Positions 1 to 8,985 are shown, counted from the stretch's first letter. The stretch: DNA of 64,000 nt from Candidatus Aminicenantales bacterium (GCA_050015275.1 JBEKBS010000013.1:4589-68588), one strand, 5' to 3'. Program-made: numbers and translations. Notes: a model not told the origin generated them from the letters alone.

Positions 1-1026
1 CTGGCCGCCTCCTCGGACGAGGACTTCCGCCTGGACAGGTATTACCTCGACGAATCGAAATGGATGGACGTCATCGACACCGCCCGGACCGTGCCCTTCC
101 TCTTCCATGCCTGGCGGGTCCTCGTCGTCTCGATCCCTGAGCGGCGTCCGGGCTCCGACAGGGGCGGCGGTCAGCGCGGGGAGGCGGGCGGCGACGAGAT
201 GAAAGGGGCGAAGTTCCTGAGCGAGGCTGACCAGAAGATCATCCGCGCCTACTTCGCCGAACCGGCGGCCCGGACCACCCTCGTCGTCATCATGCCCGGG
301 AAGGTCAGGAAGAACGACTCCATTGTCCGGTTCTTTTCGTCCCTGCCGAAGTCTTCCGTCCTGGTCAAGGAGGTTAAGCGTCTCTATGCGCAGGGCGTCA
401 AGAACTGGGCCGACCGGAAGGCCCAGACGCTCGGAAAGTCGCTCACCGAAGGAGCGAAGGCCCGCCTGTACGAGATCGTCGGCTCCGACCTCAGGCTGCT
501 TTCGAACGAGCTCGAAAAGCTGGCGACCTTCGTCGGCGACAAGCGGGGGATCAGCGAGGAGGACGTCAACCAGGCTACGGCCTGGCTCAGGAGCTACGAG
601 TCCTACGAGATCGACGATGTTCTGACGAACGCGGACTTCGAACAGGGGGTCACGATCCTCGGCCACCTCTTCTCGGAGGGCGAAAAGCCGGAGCTCATCG
701 TCGGGCGGCTGACGACTTTCTTCAGGAACGTCCTCGCGGCCCAGACCTGGCTCCGCGAAAGGAGCAAGACGAGGGAGGAGATTTTCCAAGAGTTCTTTCC
801 CTATATCCAGAAGGCCCATTCCGGCCTCTACGAAAGGAAATATGAGGGGTTCTTCTCGGCCGTCGAGGGGCTGTCACGGACAGAGCTCGCCTCCGTCCTG
901 AGGAAACTCCAGAAGGTGGACATCAGGATCAAGACGACCGAGACCGATGCGAAGACGGCCCTCGAGGTCTTCCTGAAGGAGTATTGTCTGCTGCGGGGCC
1001 GGAGGAAGGCTATTTCGCGGGGCTGA
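1..1026 (+). CDS. holA: DNA polymerase III delta subunit (5'-truncated by window edge)
   Basis: Frame open from base 1; motifs 'ARTVPFL', 'VGSDLRLLSNELEKLATF', 'ISEEDV', 'LQKVDIRIKT'; adjacent to rpsT, a common synteny. Confidence 0.85.
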   Translation: MAASSDEDFRLDRYYLDESKWMDVIDTARTVPFLFHAWRVLVVSIPERRPGSDRGGGQRGEAGGDEMKGAKFLSEADQKIIRAYFAEPAARTTLVVIMPGKVRKNDSIVRFFSSLPKSSVLVKEVKRLYAQGVKNWADRKAQTLGKSLTEGAKARLYEIVGSDLRLLSNELEKLATFVGDKRGISEEDVNQATAWLRSYESYEIDDVLTNADFEQGVTILGHLFSEGEKPELIVGRLTTFFRNVLAAQTWLRERSKTREEIFQEFFPYIQKAHSGLYERKYEGFFSAVEGLSRTELASVLRKLQKVDIRIKTTETDAKTALEVFLKEYCLLRGRRKAISRG

Positions 1027-1288
1027 CGCCCAGCCCGACGACCTGACGGCTGAGGCGGGATTTGTAACGGCTCCCCGTGTTCTTGTGGATCGTGCCTTTC
1101 TTGACGGCCTGGTCGATCGTCGAAATGACGCCGGGGAGGAGCTTCCGGGCCGTTTCCTGGTCTTTATTCTCGGTCGCTTCGCGGACTTTCTTGATGCCGG
1201 TGCGGAGCGCGGACGTGTTCCGGGCGTTGACCGCCTTCCTGCGGATGCTGCGCCGCTCTTGCCGGATGGCGGATTTGTGATGGGCCAT
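1010..1288 (-). CDS. rpsT: 30S ribosomal protein S20
   Basis: MAHHKSAIRQERRSIRR...IDQAVKKGTIHKNTGSRYKSRL; start reassigned to ATG 1288 after an AGGAG RBS. 3' end overlaps holA convergently by 17 nt. Confidence 0.95.
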   Translation of the reverse strand: MAHHKSAIRQERRSIRRKAVNARNTSALRTGIKKVREATENKDQETARKLLPGVISTIDQAVKKGTIHKNTGSRYKSRLSRQVVGLGVSPAK

Positions 1289-1312
1289 GGTTTGACTCCT
1301 TGAAAGGCGTCT

Positions 1313-1341
1313 ATGATAGAATATCCTGGTTTCAAAGTCAA
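1313..1341 (-). promoter_or_regulatory. sigma-70-type promoter for rpsT
   Basis: Minus strand TTGACT (1336-1341)-N17-TATCAT (1313-1318). Confidence 0.6.
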
Positions 1342-1376
1342 ACAGCCTCCCCACTGGAGCGAGGCGGCCCTGCCTG

Positions 1377-2969
1377 ATGGAACGCGACGACCAGAGAAGC
1401 CGGCTCCTGCGGTCCACGGCCTCCGTGGCCCTGCCGACGCTCGTCAGCAGGCTGCTGGGCTACGTCCGGGACCTCCTCCAGGCCTATTTCCTGGGCACGG
1501 GCCACAGCGCCGACGCCTTCACCATCGCCTTTACCATCCCTAATCTCTTCCGCCGCCTGACGGGCGAAGGGGCCATGACGGCGGCGTTCGTTCCGACCTT
1601 CACGGAGATCAAGGGAAAGGGCGACCGGAAGGAGCTTTGGAAGTTCGGCAACGTCTTTTTCTATGATCTCGCCCTGGTCATGGGTCTCGCGACCATCCTG
1701 GGCATCGTCTTCGCGCCGGGCCTCGTCAAGGTCATCGCCTACGGGTTCAAGGCGACCGAAGGCAAGTGGGCCCAGACGATCGCCATGACCCGGATCATGT
1801 TCCCGTACCTCTTTTTCATCAGCCTGGCGGCCCTGGCCTCGGCCATCCTCAATTCCTTCCGCCGGTTCTTCATCCCGGCCTCGACGCCGATCCTGTTCAA
1901 TTTGGCCGTCATCGCCGCCGCGGCCTGCCTGGCCCGCGGATCGAGAGCGCCGGCCCGCGTCTTTTGCCTCGGCGTTCTGGCCGGAGGCGTCCTGCAGCTC
2001 CTCGTCCAGGTCCCCTTCCTCCGGAAGGAGGGGATGCGCTTCACCTTCGGCCTGTCCTTCAGGCATCCGGCGGTCCGCCGCGTCGCGGCCCTCATGGTGC
2101 CGGGGGTCCTCGGGGCGGGCGTCTACCAGGTCAACTTCGCCCTGAGCCGGATGATCGCGTCCGGTTTGGGGCGGGGAAGCACGGCCGCGCTTTACTACTC
2201 GTCGAGGATCGAGGAGCTGACCATGGGGCTTTTCTCGATCGCCCTCGCCGCCGCCCTCCTGCCGGTCTTTTCAGAACACGCCGCGGCCCTGGACATGCCG
2301 GAGATGAAGCGGACGCTGGGTTTTTCCCTCAGACTGACCTCGTTCGTGACGCTTCCTGCCGCGGCCGGGCTCGTCGTCCTCAGCCGGCCGATCATCAGGG
2401 TCCTCTTCGAGCGGGGGAAGTTCGACAGCGAATCGACCTCCCTGAGCGCGGCCTGCCTCCTGTTCTTCGCCTTGGGCCTGCCCTTCGTTTCCGGGGTGAA
2501 AATGCTCGCCCCGGCCTTCTTCTCGCTCAAGGACATGAGGTCTCCCGTCATCGTGGGAGTTGCCGTCATGGCCGTCAACGTCGGCTTGTCGTTCGCCCTG
2601 ATGGGCCGCCTGCGTGTCGGCGGCCTGGCCCTTGCCCTGTCGTTGTCGCAGGTGGTCAACTTCGGCGCCCTCTTCGCTTGGCTCGAGAAAAAGATCGGGC
2701 CCATGGACAGGCGGGCCGTCGCCGCCACGGCCGGCAAGGCCTTGGCCGCCTCAGCCCTGATGGCCGCGGCCCTCCTGTTCTTCCGGCCCGTTATCGACGT
2801 CGCGACAGCGCCCTTCGCCCGTCAGGCGGCGGGATTGGCCGCGGCCATCGCCCTGGGCATCGGCCTCTATATCCTGTCCCTCTGGCTCATCAGCCCGAAG
2901 GAGGCGAAAAGTCTCGTCGGGACTGTTCTCCACGCCGCGCGGCCCCGTGCCCGAAAGGAGGCCGGATGA
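1377..2969 (+). CDS. murJ: Lipid II flippase MurJ (MviN)
   Basis: [39 protein letters not shown] motifs; many TM helices; 530 aa. Confidence 0.95.
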   Translation: MERDDQRSRLLRSTASVALPTLVSRLLGYVRDLLQAYFLGTGHSADAFTIAFTIPNLFRRLTGEGAMTAAFVPTFTEIKGKGDRKELWKFGNVFFYDLALVMGLATILGIVFAPGLVKVIAYGFKATEGKWAQTIAMTRIMFPYLFFISLAALASAILNSFRRFFIPASTPILFNLAVIAAAACLARGSRAPARVFCLGVLAGGVLQLLVQVPFLRKEGMRFTFGLSFRHPAVRRVAALMVPGVLGAGVYQVNFALSRMIASGLGRGSTAALYYSSRIEELTMGLFSIALAAALLPVFSEHAAALDMPEMKRTLGFSLRLTSFVTLPAAAGLVVLSRPIIRVLFERGKFDSESTSLSAACLLFFALGLPFVSGVKMLAPAFFSLKDMRSPVIVGVAVMAVNVGLSFALMGRLRVGGLALALSLSQVVNFGALFAWLEKKIGPMDRRAVAATAGKALAASALMAAALLFFRPVIDVATAPFARQAAGLAAAIALGIGLYILSLWLISPKEAKSLVGTVLHAARPRARKEAG

Positions 2970-3433
2970 AAATCGTGCTGCAGAGGGTCAAGGAAGCCCG
3001 GGTCGAGGTCGAGGGGAATACGGTCGGCCGCATCGGGAAGGGGATCTGCCTCCTCCTGGGAGTCGAAAAGGGCGACACGGAGGACGAGGCCTGCCTCTTG
3101 GCCAGGAAAGCGGTCGAACTTCGCATCTTCCCGGACGCCGATGGAAAGATGAACCTGTCGCTGGCCGACCTCGGCGGCGAGGTCCTGGCCGTCTCCCAGT
3201 TCACGCTGGCCGGGTCGGTCCGCAAGGGCAGGCGGCCGAGCTTCGACGGCGCCGAGGAGCCCCGCCGGGCTGCGGAGATATTCGACCACTTCGTGGGCGC
3301 CGTCGAGGCCATGGGGGTCACGGTCGAGACCGGCGTTTTCCAGGCCGTCATGGATGTCCACATCGTGAACGACGGCCCGGTGACTTTCGTTCTCGATTCC
3401 CGGAAAGGCCCTGGCGGCGGCGAAGAGGGATGA
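2966..3433 (+). CDS. dtd: D-aminoacyl-tRNA deacylase
   Basis: [30 protein letters not shown] motifs; true start ATG 2966 (ATGA overlap with murJ stop), within the 555-aa track ORF. Confidence 0.95.
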   Translation: MKIVLQRVKEARVEVEGNTVGRIGKGICLLLGVEKGDTEDEACLLARKAVELRIFPDADGKMNLSLADLGGEVLAVSQFTLAGSVRKGRRPSFDGAEEPRRAAEIFDHFVGAVEAMGVTVETGVFQAVMDVHIVNDGPVTFVLDSRKGPGGGEEG

Positions 3434-3511
3434 GAAAGCCGGCCCCGACCTCACCCCTCTGGGGGATGGCCGCCCAGCCAAAATCACCTGCGGAATCCCC
3501 GGCTCTGACCA

Positions 3512-3540
3512 TAGACCGGTCCGGCCGTTCCGCCCATAAT
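3512..3540 (+). promoter_or_regulatory. candidate sigma-70 promoter of the radical SAM operon
   Basis: TAGACC (3512-3517)-N17-CATAAT (3535-3540), about 85 nt upstream of ATG 3625. Confidence 0.4.
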
Positions 3541-3624
3541 GCCCAGAGGACGGAGACTGTTCCGGAGACCGTAGGGTTCTGCGCCGCAAATGAGGTCTCC
3601 TGAGATGGACAAAAGCGCATTGCC

Positions 3625-5574
3625 ATGAGCCGATTCGTGAGCCGGGAGCCGAGGCCGCGCCTGCCCCGCCTTCCTCTGAGCGGCGCCATCGACCTGACCT
3701 ACAGGTGCGGCAACGACTGCCGTCACTGTTGGCTCAGGCTTGCCCCAGGCTCGCCGGAGGGGAAGCGCGAGCTCACGTTCGAGGAGATCCGGACGATCGT
3801 CGATGCGGCCCGGCGGATGGGCTGCCGGGGCTGGTCCCTTTCCGGCGGCGAGCCCATGCTCCGCCCGGATTTCGCCGAGATCTTCGACTACATCACCACG
3901 CATTCAGCCACATACACCCTGAACACGAACGGGGCCCTGATCACGCCGGCGATCGCCCGCTTAATGAAGAAGCAGGGCACGAAGCTTATCGCCCTCTATG
4001 GCGCCACGTCCGAGGTCCACGACCGGGTCACCCGGAATCCCGGTTCCTTCGAGGCCCTGAAAAGGGGCATCGACCTTCTCCGCGAGGCGAACGCCCGGTT
4101 CACCGTCCAGATCGTCCCGATGAAAAGCAACCTCGACGAGTACGAAGCCATGGCCCGGCTGGCCGGATCCTGGAGCCCGTCCTGGCGGGTCGGGGCGGGC
4201 TGGCTCTGTCTCGCGGCCGACGGCGACTCCGGCAAGAACAGAGGGATCCGGGAAGAGCGGCTGGCCCCCGCCGATGTCCTCAGGATCGACCGGCCGGAGG
4301 GCCCGTCGGGCGGCCTCGACGAAGAGCGTTCGTCGTGCCCGTCCGCCTCGGGCGGCGGGCTCTACGCGGAGTGCCTTGCCGGCCGCCGGGAATTCCATAT
4401 TGACCCCTACGGCGGGATGAGCTTCTGCGGCTTCGCCAAGGACCCGGCCCTGCGCCTCGACCTCCGCCGGATGAGCTTCCGAGAGGCCTGGGACGACCGC
4501 CTCCCCGGGCTGGCCGACAGGATCAAGCCGGGGAAAAAATATTTCGAAAATTGCGGGGCCTGCGACCTCCGGGATGATTGCCGGTGGTGTCCCGTCTACG
4601 CTTACCTCGAGCACCGCGACCACTCGGCCAGGATCGATTATCTTTGCGCGATCGCCCGGGAGGAGAGGGCCTTCAGGAATGAATGGGAGAGGACGCATTG
4701 CCGCTCCTACGGGATCGCCGGCCTGAGGATCCGGGTCGAGGCGGACTTGCCGATCACGGACTCGACCTTCCAACCGAAGCTCGAGCGCTTCAGAACTTCG
4801 GGCCCGGGCGAGAGCATCATCAGGATCCGCCACCACTTCTCGCTCCCGGACCTCGCCGGAGAGGATCTGGGACAAGAGGTCTACCGCAAGCCGCCATGGG
4901 CGATCTTCCGGAAGGGCAGCTCCTGGATCTACTTGGGCATTTACCCCGACCCGGCTGACAAGAGGATCCACAGGGTCATCGTTTTCAACGACGACCATAC
5001 CCGGGCCGGGATCTTCAGCCCTTCGGCCGAGCTGTTCCGCGGCGGCGGCCTCGATTCCTTGACGATCCTCGCCTCCGACCAGATCCTGCTGGCCCGGGTC
5101 CTGCCGTTCGTCGGCGGCGCGTTCGTCCACGCGGCGGGTGTCAGCCTGAACGGCAGCGGCCTTCTCTTCGCCGGACCTTCGGAGGCCGGGAAATCGACCA
5201 TCGTCAAAATGCTCAAGGGAAGGGCCGAGATCCTCTGCGATGACCGGATGATCGTCAGGAGAAACGCCGGAGGGTTCCGCATCCACGGGACCTGGAGCCA
5301 CGGCGAAGTCCCCGATGTCTCCCCGGGTTCGGCCCCCTTCCGGGCCCTCCTTTTCCTCCGGCAGGCCAGGGAGAACCGCATCGAGCGGGTCGAAGACCCG
5401 AAGGCCGTTCTCAAAAGCCTCCTGCCGCGGTTCGTCAGGCCCCTCGTGACGGCGGACTGGTGGAACCGGGTCCTCACCCTGGCCGGGGAGATCGCGGCCG
5501 GGATCCCTTGTTACGATATGCATTTTGACAAGAGCGGCACGGTCGTCGACGCCCTCGAGGAGATGTTTAAATGA
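3625..5574 (+). CDS. Radical SAM/SPASM peptide maturase fused to a C-terminal HprK/PEPCK-fold P-loop kinase-like domain
   Basis: CGNDCRHC (3706-3729), SGGEPM, NTNG; SPASM C-x17-C...CGAC-x5-C-x2-CP...C. C-terminal ~290 aa has HAAGV...GLLFAGPSEAGKST...LCDD, typical of HPr-kinase-related proteins. Confidence 0.85.
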   Translation: MSRFVSREPRPRLPRLPLSGAIDLTYRCGNDCRHCWLRLAPGSPEGKRELTFEEIRTIVDAARRMGCRGWSLSGGEPMLRPDFAEIFDYITTHSATYTLNTNGALITPAIARLMKKQGTKLIALYGATSEVHDRVTRNPGSFEALKRGIDLLREANARFTVQIVPMKSNLDEYEAMARLAGSWSPSWRVGAGWLCLAADGDSGKNRGIREERLAPADVLRIDRPEGPSGGLDEERSSCPSASGGGLYAECLAGRREFHIDPYGGMSFCGFAKDPALRLDLRRMSFREAWDDRLPGLADRIKPGKKYFENCGACDLRDDCRWCPVYAYLEHRDHSARIDYLCAIAREERAFRNEWERTHCRSYGIAGLRIRVEADLPITDSTFQPKLERFRTSGPGESIIRIRHHFSLPDLAGEDLGQEVYRKPPWAIFRKGSSWIYLGIYPDPADKRIHRVIVFNDDHTRAGIFSPSAELFRGGGLDSLTILASDQILLARVLPFVGGAFVHAAGVSLNGSGLLFAGPSEAGKSTIVKMLKGRAEILCDDRMIVRRNAGGFRIHGTWSHGEVPDVSPGSAPFRALLFLRQARENRIERVEDPKAVLKSLLPRFVRPLVTADWWNRVLTLAGEIAAGIPCYDMHFDKSGTVVDALEEMFK

Positions 5575-6794
5575 GCCCGGCGGCAAAGGCCTTCACGAGA
5601 AAGGTTGAGTCCGGCCGGGCGGACTTCTGGAAGGCCGGGCGCCCGCGTCTCGCCAGGCTCGACATCGAGCTCACCGAGCGGTGCAACAACGACTGCGTCC
5701 ACTGTTCGATCAACCTGCCGGACGGGGACGACGAGGCCAAGCGCCGGGAATCGACCACGGCAGAGATCAAGAATATCCTCGCCGAGGCGGCTTCTCTCGG
5801 CTGCCTGAGCGTCAGGTTCACGGGCGGGGAGCCCCTCCTCCGGGAGGATTTCGAGGAGACCTACATGGCCGCCCGGAAGCTGGGCCTCCGGGTCAGGATC
5901 TTCACCAACGCCACTCTCGTCACGCCGCGGCTCGCCGCGGTCCTCAAGAAGGTCCCGCCGCTCGAAAAAATGGAAGTCTCCGTCTACGGAATGACAAGCG
6001 AGACCTCGGAAAAAGTGACCGGGAACCCTGGCGCGTACGAGGCGTCCCGGCGGGGCATCGGCCTTCTCTCCGGTCACGGCATCCCGTTCGTGCTCAAAGG
6101 CGTTGTCGTGCCGGACACGAAGGGCGAGATGGACCGCTTCGAGGCCTGGGCCCGTGAGATCTCCGGCGCGGCCGGACGTCCTGCCTACGCCGTGCTTTTT
6201 GACCTGAGATCGCGCCGCGACAATGAAGCTAAAAACGACCGGATCCGGGAGCTCAGGATGGGACCGCGGGAATACGTCGAGCTGGAATCCCGCCTACGAA
6301 AAAGCCATGCGGGCGAACTCAGGGGATTCGTCGCCCGTTTCGCCGGGACAAGCGGCGACCGCCTCTTCGCCTGCCTCGCCGACACGGGCAGCGTCGATGC
6401 CTACGGCCGCTTCCAGGTTTGTCTCCTCCTGCGGCACCCCGAGACCGTCTTCGACCTGAAAAAAAGTTCTTTGCGAAGCGCCGTCGAGGAGTTCCTGCCG
6501 AAGGTCCGGGAGATGCGGGCGTCAGATCCGGCCTATCTCGAGCGCTGCGGCCGTTGCTTTCTTAAGGCCTTGTGCCTGCTGTGCCCGGCGAGGTCATGGA
6601 CGGAGCATGGCACTCTCGACACCCCGGTCGAGTATCTTTGCGGGATCACCCATGCCCAGGCGGTCTCGATCGGGGTCATCAGAGAAGGGGAGAAGTCCTG
6701 GGCCGTGGCGGACTGGCGGGCCCGGGTCGAACGGCTGACAGCTTCGCCGAAGGATCGGGAAACGGCGCGGATCGAAGGCCGCGAGGAATGCTGA
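5571..6794 (+). CDS. Radical SAM/SPASM peptide maturase (paralogue 2)
   Basis: CNNDCVHC, TGGEPLLREDF, FTNATL; SPASM CLAD...FQVC...CGRCFLKALCLLCP...YLC; ATGA overlap with upstream gene. Confidence 0.9.
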   Translation: MSPAAKAFTRKVESGRADFWKAGRPRLARLDIELTERCNNDCVHCSINLPDGDDEAKRRESTTAEIKNILAEAASLGCLSVRFTGGEPLLREDFEETYMAARKLGLRVRIFTNATLVTPRLAAVLKKVPPLEKMEVSVYGMTSETSEKVTGNPGAYEASRRGIGLLSGHGIPFVLKGVVVPDTKGEMDRFEAWAREISGAAGRPAYAVLFDLRSRRDNEAKNDRIRELRMGPREYVELESRLRKSHAGELRGFVARFAGTSGDRLFACLADTGSVDAYGRFQVCLLLRHPETVFDLKKSSLRSAVEEFLPKVREMRASDPAYLERCGRCFLKALCLLCPARSWTEHGTLDTPVEYLCGITHAQAVSIGVIREGEKSWAVADWRARVERLTASPKDRETARIEGREEC

Positions 6795-6805
6795 GGAGAA
6801 GAATC

Positions 6806-7111
6806 ATGGAAAGTCCGATCAGCCTGGATTCGGCCTATGGGCCGTCGGAAGACGTCGTCGTCAGAGAGATCGAGGGGGAGCTCATCATCGTCCCGCTCGT
6901 CTCCGGCATCGGGGACCTCGAGGACGAGCTCTTCACCCTGAATGAGACCGGCCGGGCCATCTGGCAGAGGCTCGACGGCCTGAGGCCATTACGAGCCGTC
7001 GTGAACGAGCTCGCCGCCGAGTTCGACGCGCCGGCCGGACGCATCGAGGAGGACGTCGTCGGGCTCCTCGAGGAGCTCGCCCGGCGGAAGATGATCGTCC
7101 GGAAAGGATGA
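6806..7111 (+). CDS. Stand-alone PqqD-family RiPP recognition element (RRE)
   Basis: DVVVREIEGELIIVP...LFTLNETGRAIWQRLDG...LAAEFD...EDVVGLLEEL is the PqqD pattern; GAGGAG RBS at 6793-6798, ATG 6806, 101 aa. Confidence 0.9.
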   Translation: MESPISLDSAYGPSEDVVVREIEGELIIVPLVSGIGDLEDELFTLNETGRAIWQRLDGLRPLRAVVNELAAEFDAPAGRIEEDVVGLLEELARRKMIVRKG

Positions 7112-7620
7112 GCGCTCGAGACATGAAACCCGCCCGGCTCATCAGGAAAGATAGAGAGCTCGCGCTCTCGGGCAAAGCCCTGACCGGGCTCATGCGGGCG
7201 GTCCTCGCGAAAGGAAAGCCCCTGCGGTTCCGGGCCAGAGGGCTCAGCATGTCGCCCTTCATCAAGGACGGTGACGTGGTAACTGTGCGGCCGCTCGCGG
7301 GAGCGCGCCCGAGGGCGGGAGACATCGTGGCGTTCCTCCATCCCGCGACCGGCAAGGCGGCTGTCCACAGGGTCGTCGGAGAATGGTCGGGCCTTTTCTC
7401 GCTGAAGGGAGATAACACTCCTGGGGCCGACGGTGTGCTATCGCTCGAACAAATCCTGGGGACCGTCTGCCGTATCGAAAGGTCGGGCAAAAGCGTCCTT
7501 TTAGGACGGCGCCCGGGCCGGGCCGTGATCGCCTCGCTCTCGCGGTCCGGGTTGCTGACGAAAGCCCTGGGAGCCGCCCGCCGGGCGTCCGGCCGGAAAC
7601 CCGGGAGGAGCCGGTCATGA
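7108..7620 (+). CDS. Soluble S24/S26-family (signal-peptidase-like) Ser-His peptidase, candidate leader peptidase
   Basis: GLSMSPFIKDGD (catalytic Ser), GDIVAF, VHRV (His), KGDN boxes; no N-terminal TM anchor; ATGA-coupled on both sides. Confidence 0.8.
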   Translation: MSARDMKPARLIRKDRELALSGKALTGLMRAVLAKGKPLRFRARGLSMSPFIKDGDVVTVRPLAGARPRAGDIVAFLHPATGKAAVHRVVGEWSGLFSLKGDNTPGADGVLSLEQILGTVCRIERSGKSVLLGRRPGRAVIASLSRSGLLTKALGAARRASGRKPGRSRS

Positions 7621-8732
7621 CCCGGCGCTTCGTTTCCCGCAAGGAGCTGCCCGCCCTTCCGCTCTGGGAGAAGATGGGGAAGAGAAGGGCCGCACTCAGC
7701 TTCGATCTCGAAGTGACCGACCGCTGCAACCTCAACTGCCGCCATTGCTATATCAACGTCCCGGCCGGAGACAGGGCCGCGAAAAGGCGGGAGGTCGATG
7801 CGGCCGAGGTCGGCCGGATCGGAGCCGAAGCCGCCTCCCTCGGCGTCCTCTGGTGCCTGATCACGGGCGGGGAGCCCCTCCTCCGGAAGGATTTTTTCGA
7901 GGTTTACCTGGCCTTGAGGCGGCTGGGATTTCTGATATCGGTTTACACGAACGCGACGCTCATCGGCTCGGAGCACATCCGGTTTTTCAAAAAATATCCG
8001 CCCCGGGACATCGAAGTGACGGTCTACGGCGTGACAGAAGAGACCTACGAGCGGGTGACCCGGGTGCCCGGCTCGTTCGCGGCTTTCCGACAAGGGCTCG
8101 GTCTTCTCCTCGAGAGCGGCGTCAAGGTCCGGCTCAAGGCCATGGCTATGCGCTCCAATTATCACGAACTCCCGGCGATCGCCGAGTTCTGCCGGGCGAG
8201 GACCAAGGATTATTTCCGCTTCGACCCGTTCCTCCATTACCGTTTCGACCGGGATCCCGGACGCAATAAGGAGATCGAGGCCGAGCGGCTGAAGCCGGCC
8301 GAGGTGGTCGGGATCGAACAGGCTGACAGCGAGCGTTTCCGGGCGCTGGAGACAAGCTGCGACCGGCTCATCGTCCCCGAATTCTCAAAGTCCGACTGCC
8401 GACACCTCTTTCGTTGCGACGCAGGGCAGAGGAATTTCGTCGTCGGGTCCGACGGCCGTTTCCGGCTCTGCGCCTCGCTCTATCATCCCGATCTCTTCTT
8501 CGACCTGAAAAAGGGGAGCCTAGCCGAGGCCTGGACGAGCTTCGTGCCGGCGGTCCTGGCCAGGAAAACGGACCGGAAGGACTATCTGGAAAGGTGCGCC
8601 AGGTGTCCGATCATCAACCTTTGTCTCTGGTGCCCGGCCCACGCGTATCTGGAGACCGGCGAGCTGGATGCGCCCGTTGACAATTTTTGTAAGCTCGCGC
8701 ATTCGCGTGAGAAAGCCCTTAATAAATGTTGA
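7617..8732 (+). CDS. Radical SAM/SPASM peptide maturase (paralogue 3)
   Basis: CNLNCRHC, TGGEPLLRKDF, YTNATL; SPASM CDAG...FRLC...CARCPIINLCLWCP...NFC. Confidence 0.9.
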   Translation: MTRRFVSRKELPALPLWEKMGKRRAALSFDLEVTDRCNLNCRHCYINVPAGDRAAKRREVDAAEVGRIGAEAASLGVLWCLITGGEPLLRKDFFEVYLALRRLGFLISVYTNATLIGSEHIRFFKKYPPRDIEVTVYGVTEETYERVTRVPGSFAAFRQGLGLLLESGVKVRLKAMAMRSNYHELPAIAEFCRARTKDYFRFDPFLHYRFDRDPGRNKEIEAERLKPAEVVGIEQADSERFRALETSCDRLIVPEFSKSDCRHLFRCDAGQRNFVVGSDGRFRLCASLYHPDLFFDLKKGSLAEAWTSFVPAVLARKTDRKDYLERCARCPIINLCLWCPAHAYLETGELDAPVDNFCKLAHSREKALNKC

Positions 8733-8757
8733 CAAAAGGCCCTAAAAGCTTTATTAT
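8729..8757 (+). promoter_or_regulatory. Strong internal sigma-70 promoter for the precursor peptide gene
   Basis: TTGACA (8729-8734, overlapping the rSAM3 TGA stop)-N17-TATTAT (8752-8757); 11/12 consensus matches with ideal spacing in a GC-rich background. Confidence 0.75.
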
Positions 8758-8785
8758 CAACGACGAAAAGGGAGCGAGGAAGCGG

Positions 8786-8983
8786 ATGAGAAGAACTTCG
8801 ATGAAAAAACCCTGGCAGACCCCTGAGCTAGTGATCCTTTTTCGAGGCAGGCCCGAAGAGGCCGTCCTGTGCAACTGCAAGCACGCCAACATGGCCGCCG
8901 TTTCCCCCCATACTTTCAATAACAGCTGCAACTTGAGCGCGACCTGCTGTTCCACCTGCCAGAACACGACAGCGGCCAGCTGA
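8786..8983 (+). CDS. Putative RiPP precursor peptide (WxxPxL leader; six-Cys Ser/Thr/Asn-rich core)
   Basis: MRRTSMKKPWQTPELVILFRGRPEEAVL-CNCKHANMAAVSPHTFNNSCNLSATCCSTCQNTTAAS; GAGGA RBS at 8776-8780; alternative start ATG 8801 (60 aa); directly downstream of the rSAM/PqqD/peptidase genes. Confidence 0.8.
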   Translation: MRRTSMKKPWQTPELVILFRGRPEEAVLCNCKHANMAAVSPHTFNNSCNLSATCCSTCQNTTAAS

Positions 8984-8985
8984 AC

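Noticed and set aside
1766-2965. 555-aa ORF suggesting a long N-terminal extension of Dtd
   Set aside because: Off-frame shadow of murJ (Arg/Pro/Gly-rich); Dtd homology begins at ATG 2966. The same artefact affects track ORFs 6572.., 25029..26357, 29631..30521, 47601.. and 55993..58653.
3625-8732. PQQ, mycofactocin or heme d1/Ahb biosynthesis as the role of the rSAM genes
   Set aside because: No pqqB/C or ExxxY precursor, no mft genes or IDGxCGVY peptide, no siroheme decarboxylase/nir genes; the peptidase and Cys-rich peptide point to a different RiPP. Not formally excluded without an SSN.
8726-8785. 85-aa version of the precursor starting at ATG 8726
   Set aside because: This extension coincides with the -35/-10 promoter boxes and lacks an RBS; ATG 8786 or 8801 fits better.
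6806-8983. Lasso peptide cluster (RRE + WxxPxL leader + HprK-like kinase)
   Set aside because: No asparagine-synthetase-like cyclase or transglutaminase-like B2 protease, and the core has no Asp/Glu for a macrolactam.
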